DNA of 63,936 nucleotides, counting the filler, from Octopus bimaculoides (lineage: Eukaryota), in the NCBI RefSeq assembly GCF_001194135.2. It is 4 parts of 4 records of this genome, joined end to end, with 100 filler letters (N's around TTAATTAATTAA, not from the genome) between each part and the next. Parts side by side here need not be neighbours in the genome. Positions count along the whole stretch, not along the records: positions 1 to 22,591 come from NC_069000.1; 3 more parts are not named here. One strand, 5' to 3'. Both the position numbers and the translations under genes were made by a program. This document shows, in pieces, positions 1 to 9,786 of the stretch. A model generated the notes under the pieces. The model made no database searches. It was given only the letters and a program-made list of their open reading frames with translations, and had not been told where the DNA came from. Within the stretch, counting starts at the first letter, position 1; every line of letters starts with the position of its first letter.

Positions 1-119
1 AAAGAATTCATCCTATTATTGAATTTATATATATATATTATGTATATTTTATTTAGCAAAAAAAATTACCACCCCAAAATATAATATATATATATTTCTC
101 AGGAATGAGATACCCCCTT

Positions 120-425
120 TGGTCATGAATGACCATGGGATTACATCTAGAAAGTGACTTTCTGAGGCACAAGTCTAGGCAAGGTTGTTTATGGAAGACC
201 AGCAGTTGTCCGTGCATACCAGCCTCCCCTCTCCATGCCACCAATGCTATCCAAAGGCCAATGCAGCTTGGCACCAGTGATGTTACAACTCATTTCTACA
301 GCTGCGTGAACTGGAGCACTGTGAAATAAATTGTCTTGCTGAAGAACACAACACACAGCTTGGTCCGGGAATCAAATTCCCTACCTCATGATTGTGAGCC
401 TGACACTCTAACTACTGAGCCTAGC
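120..425 (-). mobile_element. Family E tRNA-head SINE with a V/Meta-like central domain; 5-prime fragment also at ~21455-21565 (+)
   Basis: Shared …GTGTTGTGT(C/T)CTT(G/C)AGCAAG(A/T)CA(C/A)TTTATTTCAC… after a tRNA-like head. The domain name is an inference from resemblance. Confidence 0.65.
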
Positions 426-443
426 ACCTAAAAACACACACAC

Positions 444-570
444 ATAGGTGGTGGTGTGGCTGTGTGGTAAGAAGTTTGCTTCCCAACTACATGGTCTCAG
501 GTTCAGTCTGAACCCAGAACCATATGTTTGTAAAGCAAACCTCTTACCACACAACCATACCTTCACCTAT
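444..570. repeat. Fold-back made of two family A SINE 5-prime ends
   Basis: 444-506 is a SINE head on +; 508-570 is a diverged head on -. They meet inside the B-box (GGTTCAG-T-CTGAACC). Confidence 0.85.
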
Positions 571-799
571 ATTAATGTTACAAAATATTTATAAAATATA
601 AGTTATCATAACAAAATGTATGTTTTGAATTATCCACAATGACATTCTCATGTTGCAATTGTTAATTCTTTATCAAATTTACTTTATATTTTTCTCATTA
701 AAATTTTTTTTTTAATTTATACTTTTATTCATTTTTTGTTTCTATTTTTTATTTTTTATTTTTTGAAACCAATTACAACACCAAATGTAGCAAACCTGA

Positions 800-3700
800 A
801 TGATGACAGAGAATTGTCAGCTCCAAGAAGTGAGATTAATTTCCAGTTTTATCACTGATGCCAATGATTTTTCTAACCAATCAATTGAGCTTATTGCTGA
901 ATCCAATAAAAGTATTTATCGGAAAAAACCTGCAATAATACCCAGGAAACATATCAGAGATCAAGTTAAAGATGGATCCATAATTGTAGAACGCTTACAG
1001 ACATCATCTGAAAATCAATGTACAACAAATTCCAGCAGTGTTTATCTCTTGAATTTAGAAACACAAAAGCCATTGATTTTCAAGCCAAGTGACCAGAATT
1101 CTTGCAGTGATTCCAAAAGAAACACAAGTGAAATATCCAATAAACTGCTGATATCCCATGAGGTAAAAATCAGCCCGTATGAGACAAGTAGTTATTGCTT
1201 ATCTAAATCACCGAAGCCATTGAGTCATGAAAGATGCAAAGAACAGTTCTTGCTTCTGTCACCACCTTCACAACCACCACCTCTGTATGATGGCTTAGAT
1301 TCTCATGAAGAAAACCTTGAACATGATGCAAATGCTTCTTTGTGCAATGGAAATTATAAAGGTGTTGTATCACCACTCAAACTGAGTAGCAACCAAAAGG
1401 ATACTGTCATTGCCAAAGATGAGATAGGTGATCTCATCGAACTATACAGTAAACCTGATAGAGTTAAAGATAATAATACATGTTATCAGGTTGGTGGCTG
1501 TGATAAACAGGATGTATTTGAGAATGATAAACATGTTAGGTCCGGTGGCTACAATAAATTTGATGCACCTCAGAATAATGCACATATGCAATCCAATGGC
1601 TTTAATAAGCGTGATGTACCAAAGAATAATATGCATGCTTTATCTGAGGACTATGATAAACATAGAATATCACCCAGCAATACACATCTGCCATTATATA
1701 ATGGCTATCGTCAGTCTATATTATCACCTGATGCCACATATAAGCTAAATGAAGGCACTGAAAGAAACTTATCTTCAGATACCATTCATGCTTTGTATGA
1801 GGATTACCACGAAAATATCATATCTAATGATAACTCGTATGACGACTTCATAAAAAATCTATCTCCTGGCAACCACAGTGATGACTATTATGAAGTATTA
1901 CCTAATACACTCTACAATGATGATCACAAGAAAGTTTCATCTTCAGATTACACTCATTCATTGTCTGAAGACTATTATAAAAATACATGTACTGCAAATG
2001 AGGAATACTACAAAAGACATAATTTCTTTGAAGATATTGGGTCCAGAGATGACACCAAAACTGTTTATGACAGTTATAATAATTATTCCTCAAATGTTGT
2101 ATCACCAAATAACTTATATTCTCTGTATGACAACTATCCAGGCCGTGCTGTTTCTTCAAACAAAAACCAAAGCTGTTCTGTCAATGATTACAAAACTATC
2201 ATACCTTTAGACAATGGACATTCTTTCTGCTCAGATACCAGGCCATTTGTGAAAAAGCGGTTGTACTCCAACAGTAGTCAGAATTACATATCACCAGACA
2301 CTGCACAGAATCGGTACACAGATTCTCAGAGAAATATGGCTTCCTCAGTTGATAGTCCAACTCCTAATGTAGATCTACAAAAAAATGTAACATCTCTAAT
2401 AGATAGTCAAGATTTCCCTGTTTATTACATTGAAGATAATGGGTTACAAAATGAAAGAATCTTCACAAGGTCCCCCAAACCATTCCCATTAGATATTTCC
2501 AGTAAATATAGTCCAATAGAAAAGGATGAAAAAGTTTCAAGCTCATTTATTGATCACTCTGAAAGGACCAATATGATGTTCAATCCTTTAAATGGAAGAG
2601 AATCAAACCATTCTCTACCAATTCAAATAAAAACCACACAAGAATGTCCAGAGAATTTTCATAATGTTTATAGAATTGACAGTGCTAACCAGAGGAATAA
2701 CAATGACAACACAAAAATGAAATATGTAAAATCTCCAAAATTTTTGAGCCGTGGAAAATCTCCCATGAATGGCGAAGAGACAGTGGTAGTTAGTGAGGAA
2801 TATCAGAATATAATTAGTCCCGTATTTGCAGGACAATTTAATTTTGATAAAAATTTTAGAGATGACGGGGAAACACAACATTTTGCCAATAGTGTTAATG
2901 AAATCTTCACACTTCCTAATAAGATTTCAGAAAACTATCTCCAAGACGATAGCCTAGATGGACACATGAATCCTTTGCTGGCGTCCTCACCATTATCACC
3001 AAGATTCCCGAGGCGTGAGATGTCTGACAGATTTAACAGAGTAAAAGACAATGCTAAAAAGGAAAATAATCCTTTAAAACAGGAAGGAAAGGTTGTAGAT
3101 GATGTCTTCTATTTGGATTCTCCTGATAATAAAAGAATCTCTAGAGCTTTACCATCTAGAAGTAGTTTTGGTGCATTTTCAGAGAATCCTTCTCACGACT
3201 ACGATAAAAGGAAATCAAAGCAGGAACATCAACAGACCAAAAGAGCCACCAGCTGGAGTTCAAATGGTGATTTACATGATGTCTCTGACAATTTGTTTCA
3301 AAATAACAGAACAAAACCTAATTATTTCTACTTCAGTCAACAACAATCTCCACATCATTATGAAGATATTGAGGAAAGTTTTCCCCTTTCAGCTAATTCA
3401 CCAAAGGTTAATTCTGACAACTACTACACCTTGGAGCTTCTTGCTGCAAGTACTTCAGAAGGAATGTTGAAATACAGTGAAAAATATAAAGAATATACTA
3501 AGAAGCAATACAATCGAAGGCACTCAAGTTTAGTAACTGATGAATCTGGATTTGCAGATGGTAGTACTTTATCTGCTGCTTCTGGTTCTGCTGACTATCA
3601 CCAAAACATTGAAAAAATCTCAATGCATTCGTCTTCTAACTCTGAAGAATATGAATTAAATAATGTAGAGGTCTTTCCAGCTTATGTTGATAATTATGAA

Positions 3701-4219
3701 AACTACATGAATAGTCCTGGTATTAATGTTTCAGTTGATCCTAGGAATAAGACAAAAAGGGCTTCTTTCAGCTGTAGCAAAGAGACAGGATTTGAAAACT
3801 ATGCCAACATTGATGATTTCAATGAGATTTCTCGAATCTCTAATGATGATAGTTTCACAAGAGAAAAAGCATTTTCATACCTCTCTGTGAGATCTCCAAG
3901 ACATTATTGTTCTTTTACAGGAAATACAAACCGTGAGAGAATTCCAAAAAAGAAAGAAAATAATTCTAAAGCTGACCTGTATATGAATTCAGAAGAAGCA
4001 ACCAATTACATAAACTCTCTAAGTATTAATTCCAGTAGAGCTTCTGATGAAAGCAAGTGTAATTCGCCAGCCAAAGGAAATGCCAAGGAAATATCTGCAG
4101 TAGACAGAGGTTTCCGAAAACTATCAGAAGCTTTAGAAAATACTTTCAGGAAGCCTCCATCTAAAATAACTTTTGCATCAGACCGCATGAAAAAAAAATT
4201 TTGTAAGTTTTTTAAATAA
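800..4219 (+). CDS. Giant coding exon (1139-aa ORF) of an unidentified, probably disordered Ser/Asn/Asp/Tyr-rich protein
   Basis: 3.4 kb stop-free in AT-rich DNA. A long T-rich tract (~690-765) and TAG at 788-790 lie upstream. A consensus donor GTAAGT at 4203-4208 sits just before the stop, and AATAAA occurs at 4215-4220 and 4230-4235. No domain recognised. Confidence 0.85.
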   Translation: MMTENCQLQEVRLISSFITDANDFSNQSIELIAESNKSIYRKKPAIIPRKHIRDQVKDGSIIVERLQTSSENQCTTNSSSVYLLNLETQKPLIFKPSDQNSCSDSKRNTSEISNKLLISHEVKISPYETSSYCLSKSPKPLSHERCKEQFLLLSPPSQPPPLYDGLDSHEENLEHDANASLCNGNYKGVVSPLKLSSNQKDTVIAKDEIGDLIELYSKPDRVKDNNTCYQVGGCDKQDVFENDKHVRSGGYNKFDAPQNNAHMQSNGFNKRDVPKNNMHALSEDYDKHRISPSNTHLPLYNGYRQSILSPDATYKLNEGTERNLSSDTIHALYEDYHENIISNDNSYDDFIKNLSPGNHSDDYYEVLPNTLYNDDHKKVSSSDYTHSLSEDYYKNTCTANEEYYKRHNFFEDIGSRDDTKTVYDSYNNYSSNVVSPNNLYSLYDNYPGRAVSSNKNQSCSVNDYKTIIPLDNGHSFCSDTRPFVKKRLYSNSSQNYISPDTAQNRYTDSQRNMASSVDSPTPNVDLQKNVTSLIDSQDFPVYYIEDNGLQNERIFTRSPKPFPLDISSKYSPIEKDEKVSSSFIDHSERTNMMFNPLNGRESNHSLPIQIKTTQECPENFHNVYRIDSANQRNNNDNTKMKYVKSPKFLSRGKSPMNGEETVVVSEEYQNIISPVFAGQFNFDKNFRDDGETQHFANSVNEIFTLPNKISENYLQDDSLDGHMNPLLASSPLSPRFPRREMSDRFNRVKDNAKKENNPLKQEGKVVDDVFYLDSPDNKRISRALPSRSSFGAFSENPSHDYDKRKSKQEHQQTKRATSWSSNGDLHDVSDNLFQNNRTKPNYFYFSQQQSPHHYEDIEESFPLSANSPKVNSDNYYTLELLAASTSEGMLKYSEKYKEYTKKQYNRRHSSLVTDESGFADGSTLSAASGSADYHQNIEKISMHSSSNSEEYELNNVEVFPAYVDNYENYMNSPGINVSVDPRNKTKRASFSCSKETGFENYANIDDFNEISRISNDDSFTREKAFSYLSVRSPRHYCSFTGNTNRERIPKKKENNSKADLYMNSEEATNYINSLSINSSRASDESKCNSPAKGNAKEISAVDRGFRKLSEALENTFRKPPSKITFASDRMKKKFCKFFK

Positions 4220-4288
4220 ATATTTTGCAAATAAAGAAAAAAACATTGATGGGACTCATAGCTAGCTTGGATGGTTGAAAAGCACAGT

Positions 4289-4514
4289 TTAACACTTTAG
4301 CATTTAAACTGGCCATATCCAGCCAAAATATTCCAGCTATCTTATGTTCAAACTGGGCAGATCTAACCTCTCACACTTGTGCTGCAATGTCATTCTAAAA
4401 ATAAACAATCACATCATTGAAATCTCAAAGCTATGAGATAAGCCAAGTGATCCACAACAATGTGACTAAATAAACATTACATTTGACTGAGAAATCTGAA
4501 TGTTAACAGGTTAA
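4289..4514. mobile_element. piggyBac-like MITE (~226 bp). Copies: 48699-48922, 53061-53288, and an interrupted one at ~37915-38352
   Basis: TTAA at both ends, TIR-like CCCTTTAGCATT…AATGCTAAAGGG and a shared interior. Confidence 0.8.
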
Positions 4515-6553
4515 AAAAAAAGGCATTTAACTTTCAATTATCTAATCTATGAAGCTGTAAATTGGTACTGTGGTAAGATAAAGGTCACTGTCATAAGCAG
4601 TCAAAATATGAACAGCCTTTGACTTTTCCAAAGAGGTTTTTTGGCCCAATAGTTACATGTTATTGTTTATAGTTTTGTGTGACATGGTACATGCCATAGA
4701 ACAGGTGATAATTTTCACTGAGTGACTGTCACGTTTTGATTTCAATTGTCTGTTGAGTTACTTCACATGATTGCTAAATTTGCCATCTGAAATGAAACTA
4801 GGAAATGAGGGATGTTAGGAAGATGAGCTGTGATGTATATGTGCATATATCTATGTATATAACTTTTTTTTTAGTACAAGACACTTCCTTAATTTGCTAG
4901 AAATAGTAACTGAATTCTCTCTGAATCATATTCTACCATCTTTAAAGTGGAAAGACACACCTAAACAGTGTAGTTCAAAGTTTAAAAAAAAACTGGATGG
5001 TCATACCTGGAACTGTTAGCACACTGGACAAAATAGTTAGCAACATTTCGTCTGTCTTTACATTCTGAAGCCAATTTTACCTTTCATCTTTTGGGGTTGA
5101 TAAAATATGTACCAACTGAGTACTGGGATCAATGTAATTGACTTAACCCCTCTCCAAAATTGCTGGCCCTGTACCAAAATTTAAAACCATTATTTATAAT
5201 TTTTTGTGTGATGTGCTTTGAGAACCAATGTTCCAAAAAAATTATTATTTCATATTCTCTTAAAAGTTTATAAAATTCTTATGACATCAACAACCATAAA
5301 TTGTGAACTTCTAATACGAACATGAAAGCCTTTCTTGGTAAAAGCTTAGAAAAGGCCCTGCCAGTTGGCGTTGGCTACTGTTCCTTCATGAAGTTATTTG
5401 TGATATATTAACATGTTATCATCTGGTTATTGCTGTTGTTTATCTACATATTGGACTTTCCAGGTACGACCATTCAGTTTTTTAAAAAATTTTAACCACA
5501 TTGTCTAAATGTCTCCTTCCACTTAAAAATACTGGAATATGATTCAATGGAAATTCAGTTATTGTTTCTAGAAAATTCGGGAAGTATCTTATGCTAAAAA
5601 AATAATAGTTATATACACACAGCTCATCATCCTAACACTCCTCGTTTCCTAGTTACATTTCAAATATGGAGAGGCAAATTTAGCAATCGCAGGACATGAC
5701 TGAATGAAAAAGTATGATCTGGGTTTTTTGCTACTGGAAGCCTAAAAATGTCACATCTAGTTGTAAAATTCCAGGCAAAATTCATGGATAAAACACAGCT
5801 GGAGGAGACAGAATAAGAGAACAATGAGGACAAGGCTGGTTATTGAAGTTATCGGAGTTATGTCCCCTGTATTGGTCTCATTTAGCCAGTTACAGCAGGC
5901 TAGTTTTTTTTAATGTGATATTTGAAAAGAAGACATGAGGGAGAGGGGGATAGAAAGCGGGGTGGGGGATGGGTTGCAAAGGAGTGGGGAAAGAAGTGAG
6001 GTAAGGGATGGTTATTTTTTTCGTAAAATGTGTGGTCGTGTATATGCATATGTATGTGTTTTTATATGGCTAACATATGTCTTCTATGCTGCAATCATTT
6101 TAGTTTCAACACATGGTCTTAGATTGAATCACTCGCCTGGCAAATACACTTCCAATAAAAAGCACCCACTACACTCTCGGAGTGGTTGGCGTTAGNNNNN
6201 NNNNNNNNNNNNNNNNNNNNNNNNNNNNNNNNNNNNNNNNNNNNNNNNNNNNNNNNNNNNNNNNNNNNNNNNNNNNNNNNNNNNNNNNNNNNNNNNNNNN
6301 NNNNNNNNNNNNNNNNNNNNNNNNNNNNNNNNNNNNNNNNNNNNNNNNNNNNNNNNNNNNNNNNNNNNNNNNNNNNNNNNNNNNNNNNNNNNNNNNNNNN
6401 NNNNNNNNNNNNNNNNNNNNNNNNNNNNNNNNNNNNNNNNNNNNNNNNNNNNNNNNNNNNNNNNNNNNNNNGTATGGGGGCGGAGAATATTAAACCCCCC
6501 TCCCCCTCATTTATGGCAAGGGAAACACAATGGAGGAAGAGCCAACTTTTATA

Positions 6554-7538
6554 TTGTGTTGAGTCAAAAGCTTTGTAATATTTTAGTAACTTATTTGCTT
6601 TATTTGTCAAGTTACAACAAAACCAGTCTAGCATTCAAAGTAGTGGTCATCGTGTTGCACCATCTGAAGCCACTTCTGTACCAGTTCTTTGATCCCATGC
6701 TGGTACCAGTTCTTGTCTCTCGAGGCAAAGTACTCCTTCACTTAAACTTCCACTTAAACTTCCACTTCCTTTTGGTTGATGAAGTGTTGCAAGCACAGAA
6801 AGTGAGCCATGGATCAGAACAAGCAATAATCTAAGGGAGATATTTTTCTGCAATTCCAACATGCAGAAGCAGTGGTTAAGCAAGGGCCAGCTTCCAGAGC
6901 CTGTTGCCAAACACAAAACATCTGGAATTATGATGGAGTAACTCACAACAAACACTTTCTGGACAGTCAAACTATCGATGCCAACCTGAACTCTGAACAG
7001 TTGGAGCAGATGTATGCCATTGTGTGCCAAAAATGCCCAGCATTGGTTAACAGAAAGCAAGCTCTTATCCATCAAGACAGCTCAAGACCACATGCTGCTC
7101 AAACAACCCAGAATAAACTCCAAGAACTTGAGAGAATCAAAGTGATACCACACCCAGCATATAGTTTGGACCTAGCTCACTTGGAATATTACTAGTTCTG
7201 NNNNNNNNNNNNNNNNNNNNNNNNNNNNNNNNNNNNNNNNNNNNNNNNNNNNNNNNNNNNNNNNNNNNNNNNNNNNNNNNNNNNNNNNNNNNNNNNNNNN
7301 NNNNNNNNNNNNNNNNNNNNNNNNNNNNNNNNNNNNNNNNNNNNNNNNNNNNNNNNNNNNNNNNNNNNNNNNNNNNNNNNNNNNNNNNNNNNNNNNNNNN
7401 NNNNNNNNNNNNNNNNNNNNNNNNNNNNNNNNNNNNNNNNNNNNNNNNNNATTTTGAATGCTAGGCTACTTTTGTTGTAACTTGACAAATAATGCAAATT
7501 AATTACCAAAATATTGCAAAACTTTTGACTCAACTCAA
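6554..7538 (+). mobile_element. Rearranged non-autonomous mariner element
   Basis: TA at 6552-53 and 7539-40, with ~90-bp visible inverted termini. ORF 6872-7195 carries decayed mariner catalytic motifs (HQDSSRPH for HQDNARPH; HPAYSLDLAHLEY for HPPYSPDLAPSDY). Confidence 0.9.
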
Positions 7539-7599
7539 TACTCAACCATTTGGCTAATACGTGCTTGTATTCATGAAGGAAAGAGAGAAAAGAAACCTC

Positions 7600-7930
7600 A
7601 CATTGAAAGTCCAGGTAGATCTATGGGTGTGTGGAGTTTTTCAATATGATTCTTTTCTCTGTTAAACAGAATTTGCACCTCTTACTGCTGTTGACACAAG
7701 GTCCACGCTTTTCTAACAGGCTCCACTTGATATTACATTGTTCAGCATTTTCTTTCAATACTCATACATCTCTCATCAGTGTTGTGATCCTATATTTTTC
7801 TTGGATATTAAACAAGAACTTGTAGTTGTTGAACCTGATCTTGAAGGAGCCTTCTGTTATGCCCACATATTTTGTTACACTTGTCACCCCACTGCTGCCA
7901 TTAACATTAAGAAATTAAGAACTGGAAATG
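7600..7930 (-). mobile_element. Penelope-like element, GIY-YIG endonuclease relic
   Basis: Minus-strand translation KYVGITEGSFKIRFNNYKF…IKWSLLEK…SKRCKFCLTEKRII matches the PLE pattern YIGxTExxFKxRxNNH…IxWSIL…KRCxLCLxEK. Contains stops. Confidence 0.8.
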
Positions 7931-8029
7931 ACAGGTCTGGACATCTTGTAAATACAAGATGTCAACAGCTGTTTACAGCTACAGCACACTAGAGAATGAT
8001 GAGTCATTTCAACTCTCTAGTAGTGGTTA

Positions 8030-8085
8030 GGTTATACTTTACTAAGGAGGTTCGATAAGCCCAAAACATGTCCAGAGGTGTAACC
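8030..8085 (+). ncRNA. Degenerate type I hammerhead ribozyme (Penelope pLTR type)
   Basis: Stem I GGTTATACTTT pairs with AGAGGTGTAACC (11 bp including G-U). Core is CTAAGGA (for CTGANGA), followed by a short stem II, AAAAC (for GAAAC), palindromic ACATGT and a GTC site. Lies next to the PLE relic. Confidence 0.55.
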
Positions 8086-8389
8086 ATACTGCTAAATATC
8101 AGACTCACTTCACCTGCATTTCATTTTCCACTATCATATCATCATCGTTTTCCCATGCTCGTGTGGTTGGATGGATTTTGTTGAGGCAGATTTTTATGGT
8201 TGGATGTTCTTTTTGTCACCGGCCCTCCCCTGTTGCCAAGTAGGGTAATATTTCCCCATGACAAGATGTTTCATGGAAGACTGATAACAACACTGCTTGC
8301 ATGACAGTGACTCTCATTTACAACTATCATGCAATGTCAAGACAAGAACTCAGTAACATACACACACAACCACAGTCATATACACAAAT

Positions 8390-8445
<56 letters not shown>

Positions 8446-9345
8446 TCATCATCATCGTTTAACGTCCGCTTTCCATGCTAGCATGGGTTGGACGATTTGA
8501 CTGAGGACTGGTGAAACCGGATGGCAACACCAGGCTCCAATCTAATTTGGCAGAGTTTCTACAGCTNNNNNNNNNNNNNNNNNNNNNNNNNNNNNNNNNN
8601 NNNNNNNNNNNNNNNNNNNNNNNNNNNNNNNNNNNNNNNNNNNNNNNNNNNNNNNNNNNNNNNNNNNNNNNNNNNNNNNNNNNNNNNNNNNNNNNNNNNN
8701 NNNNNNNNNNNNNNNNNNNNNNNNNNNNNNNNNNNNNNNNNNNNNNNNNNNNNNNNNNNNNNNNNNNNNNNNNNNNNNNNNNNNNNNNNNNNNNNNNNNN
8801 NNNNNNNNNNNNNNNNNNNNNNNNNNNNNNNNNNNNNNNNNNNNNNNNNNNNNNNNNNNNNNNNNNNNNNNNNNNNNNNNNNNNNNNNNNNNNNNNNNNN
8901 NNNNNNNNNNNNNNNNNNNNNNNNNNNNNNNNNNNNNNNNNNNNNNNNNNNNNNNNNNNNNNNNNNNNNNNNNNNNNNNNNNNNNNNNNNNNNNNNNNNN
9001 NNNNNNNNNNNNNNNNNNNNNNNNNNNNNNNNNNNNNNNNNNNNNNNNNNNNNNNNNNNNNNNNNNNNNNNNNNNNNNNNNNNNNNNNNNNNNNNNNNNN
9101 NNNNNNNNNNNNNNNNNNNNNNNNNNNNNNNNNNNNNNNNNNNNNNNNNNNNNNNNNNNNNNNNNNNNNNNNNNNNNNNNNNNNNNNNNNNNNNNNNNNN
9201 NNNNNNNNNNNNNNNNNNNNNNNNNNNNNNNNNNNNNNNNNNNNNNNNNNNNNNNNNNNNNNNNNNNNNNNNNNNNNNNNNNNNNNNNNNNNNNNNNNNN
9301 NNNNNNNNNNNNNNNNNNNNNNNNNNNNNNNNNNNNNNNNNNNNN

Positions 9346-9385
<40 letters not shown>

Positions 9386-9388
<3 letters not shown>

Positions 9389-9786
9389 TTTTATTCTTTC
9401 ACTTGTTTGTCATTTGAGTACAGCCCTACTGGAGCACCACCTTAAAGGGTTGTAGTCGATGAAATTGACCCCAGAACTTATTCTTTGTAAGCCTAGTGCT
9501 TATTCTATCATTCTCTTTTGCTGAACCACTAAGTTACTGGGACATAAACACATCAGCATTGGTTGTCAAGCAATGGCAGGAGGACAAACACACACACACA
9601 CATAAATACATACATACATACAACGAGCATCTTTCAGTTTCCGTCTACCAAACCCATTCACAAGGTTTTGGTCAGCCCAAGGCTATAACAGAAGTCACTT
9701 GCCCAAGGTGCCACGCTGTGAGATTGAACCAGGAAGCATGTGATTTGAAAGTAAACTAATAACCACACAGCCACGCCTGCGCCTAT
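9386..9786 (-). mobile_element. Family A SINE, full length
   Basis: Reverse-complement match to 29899-30348. Confidence 0.85.

Noticed and set aside
800-4219. Reflectin, protocadherin or C2H2 zinc-finger identity for the large ORF
   Set aside because: There are no Met-Asp-rich reflectin motifs, cadherin repeats or CxxC…HxxxH units.
7650-7720. Apparent acceptor and terminal exon (…CAG|AATTTGCACCTCTT…TAA) for the giant-exon gene
   Set aside because: The sequence is the antisense of the Penelope GIY-YIG relic, and joining it to 4202 would give TAA.
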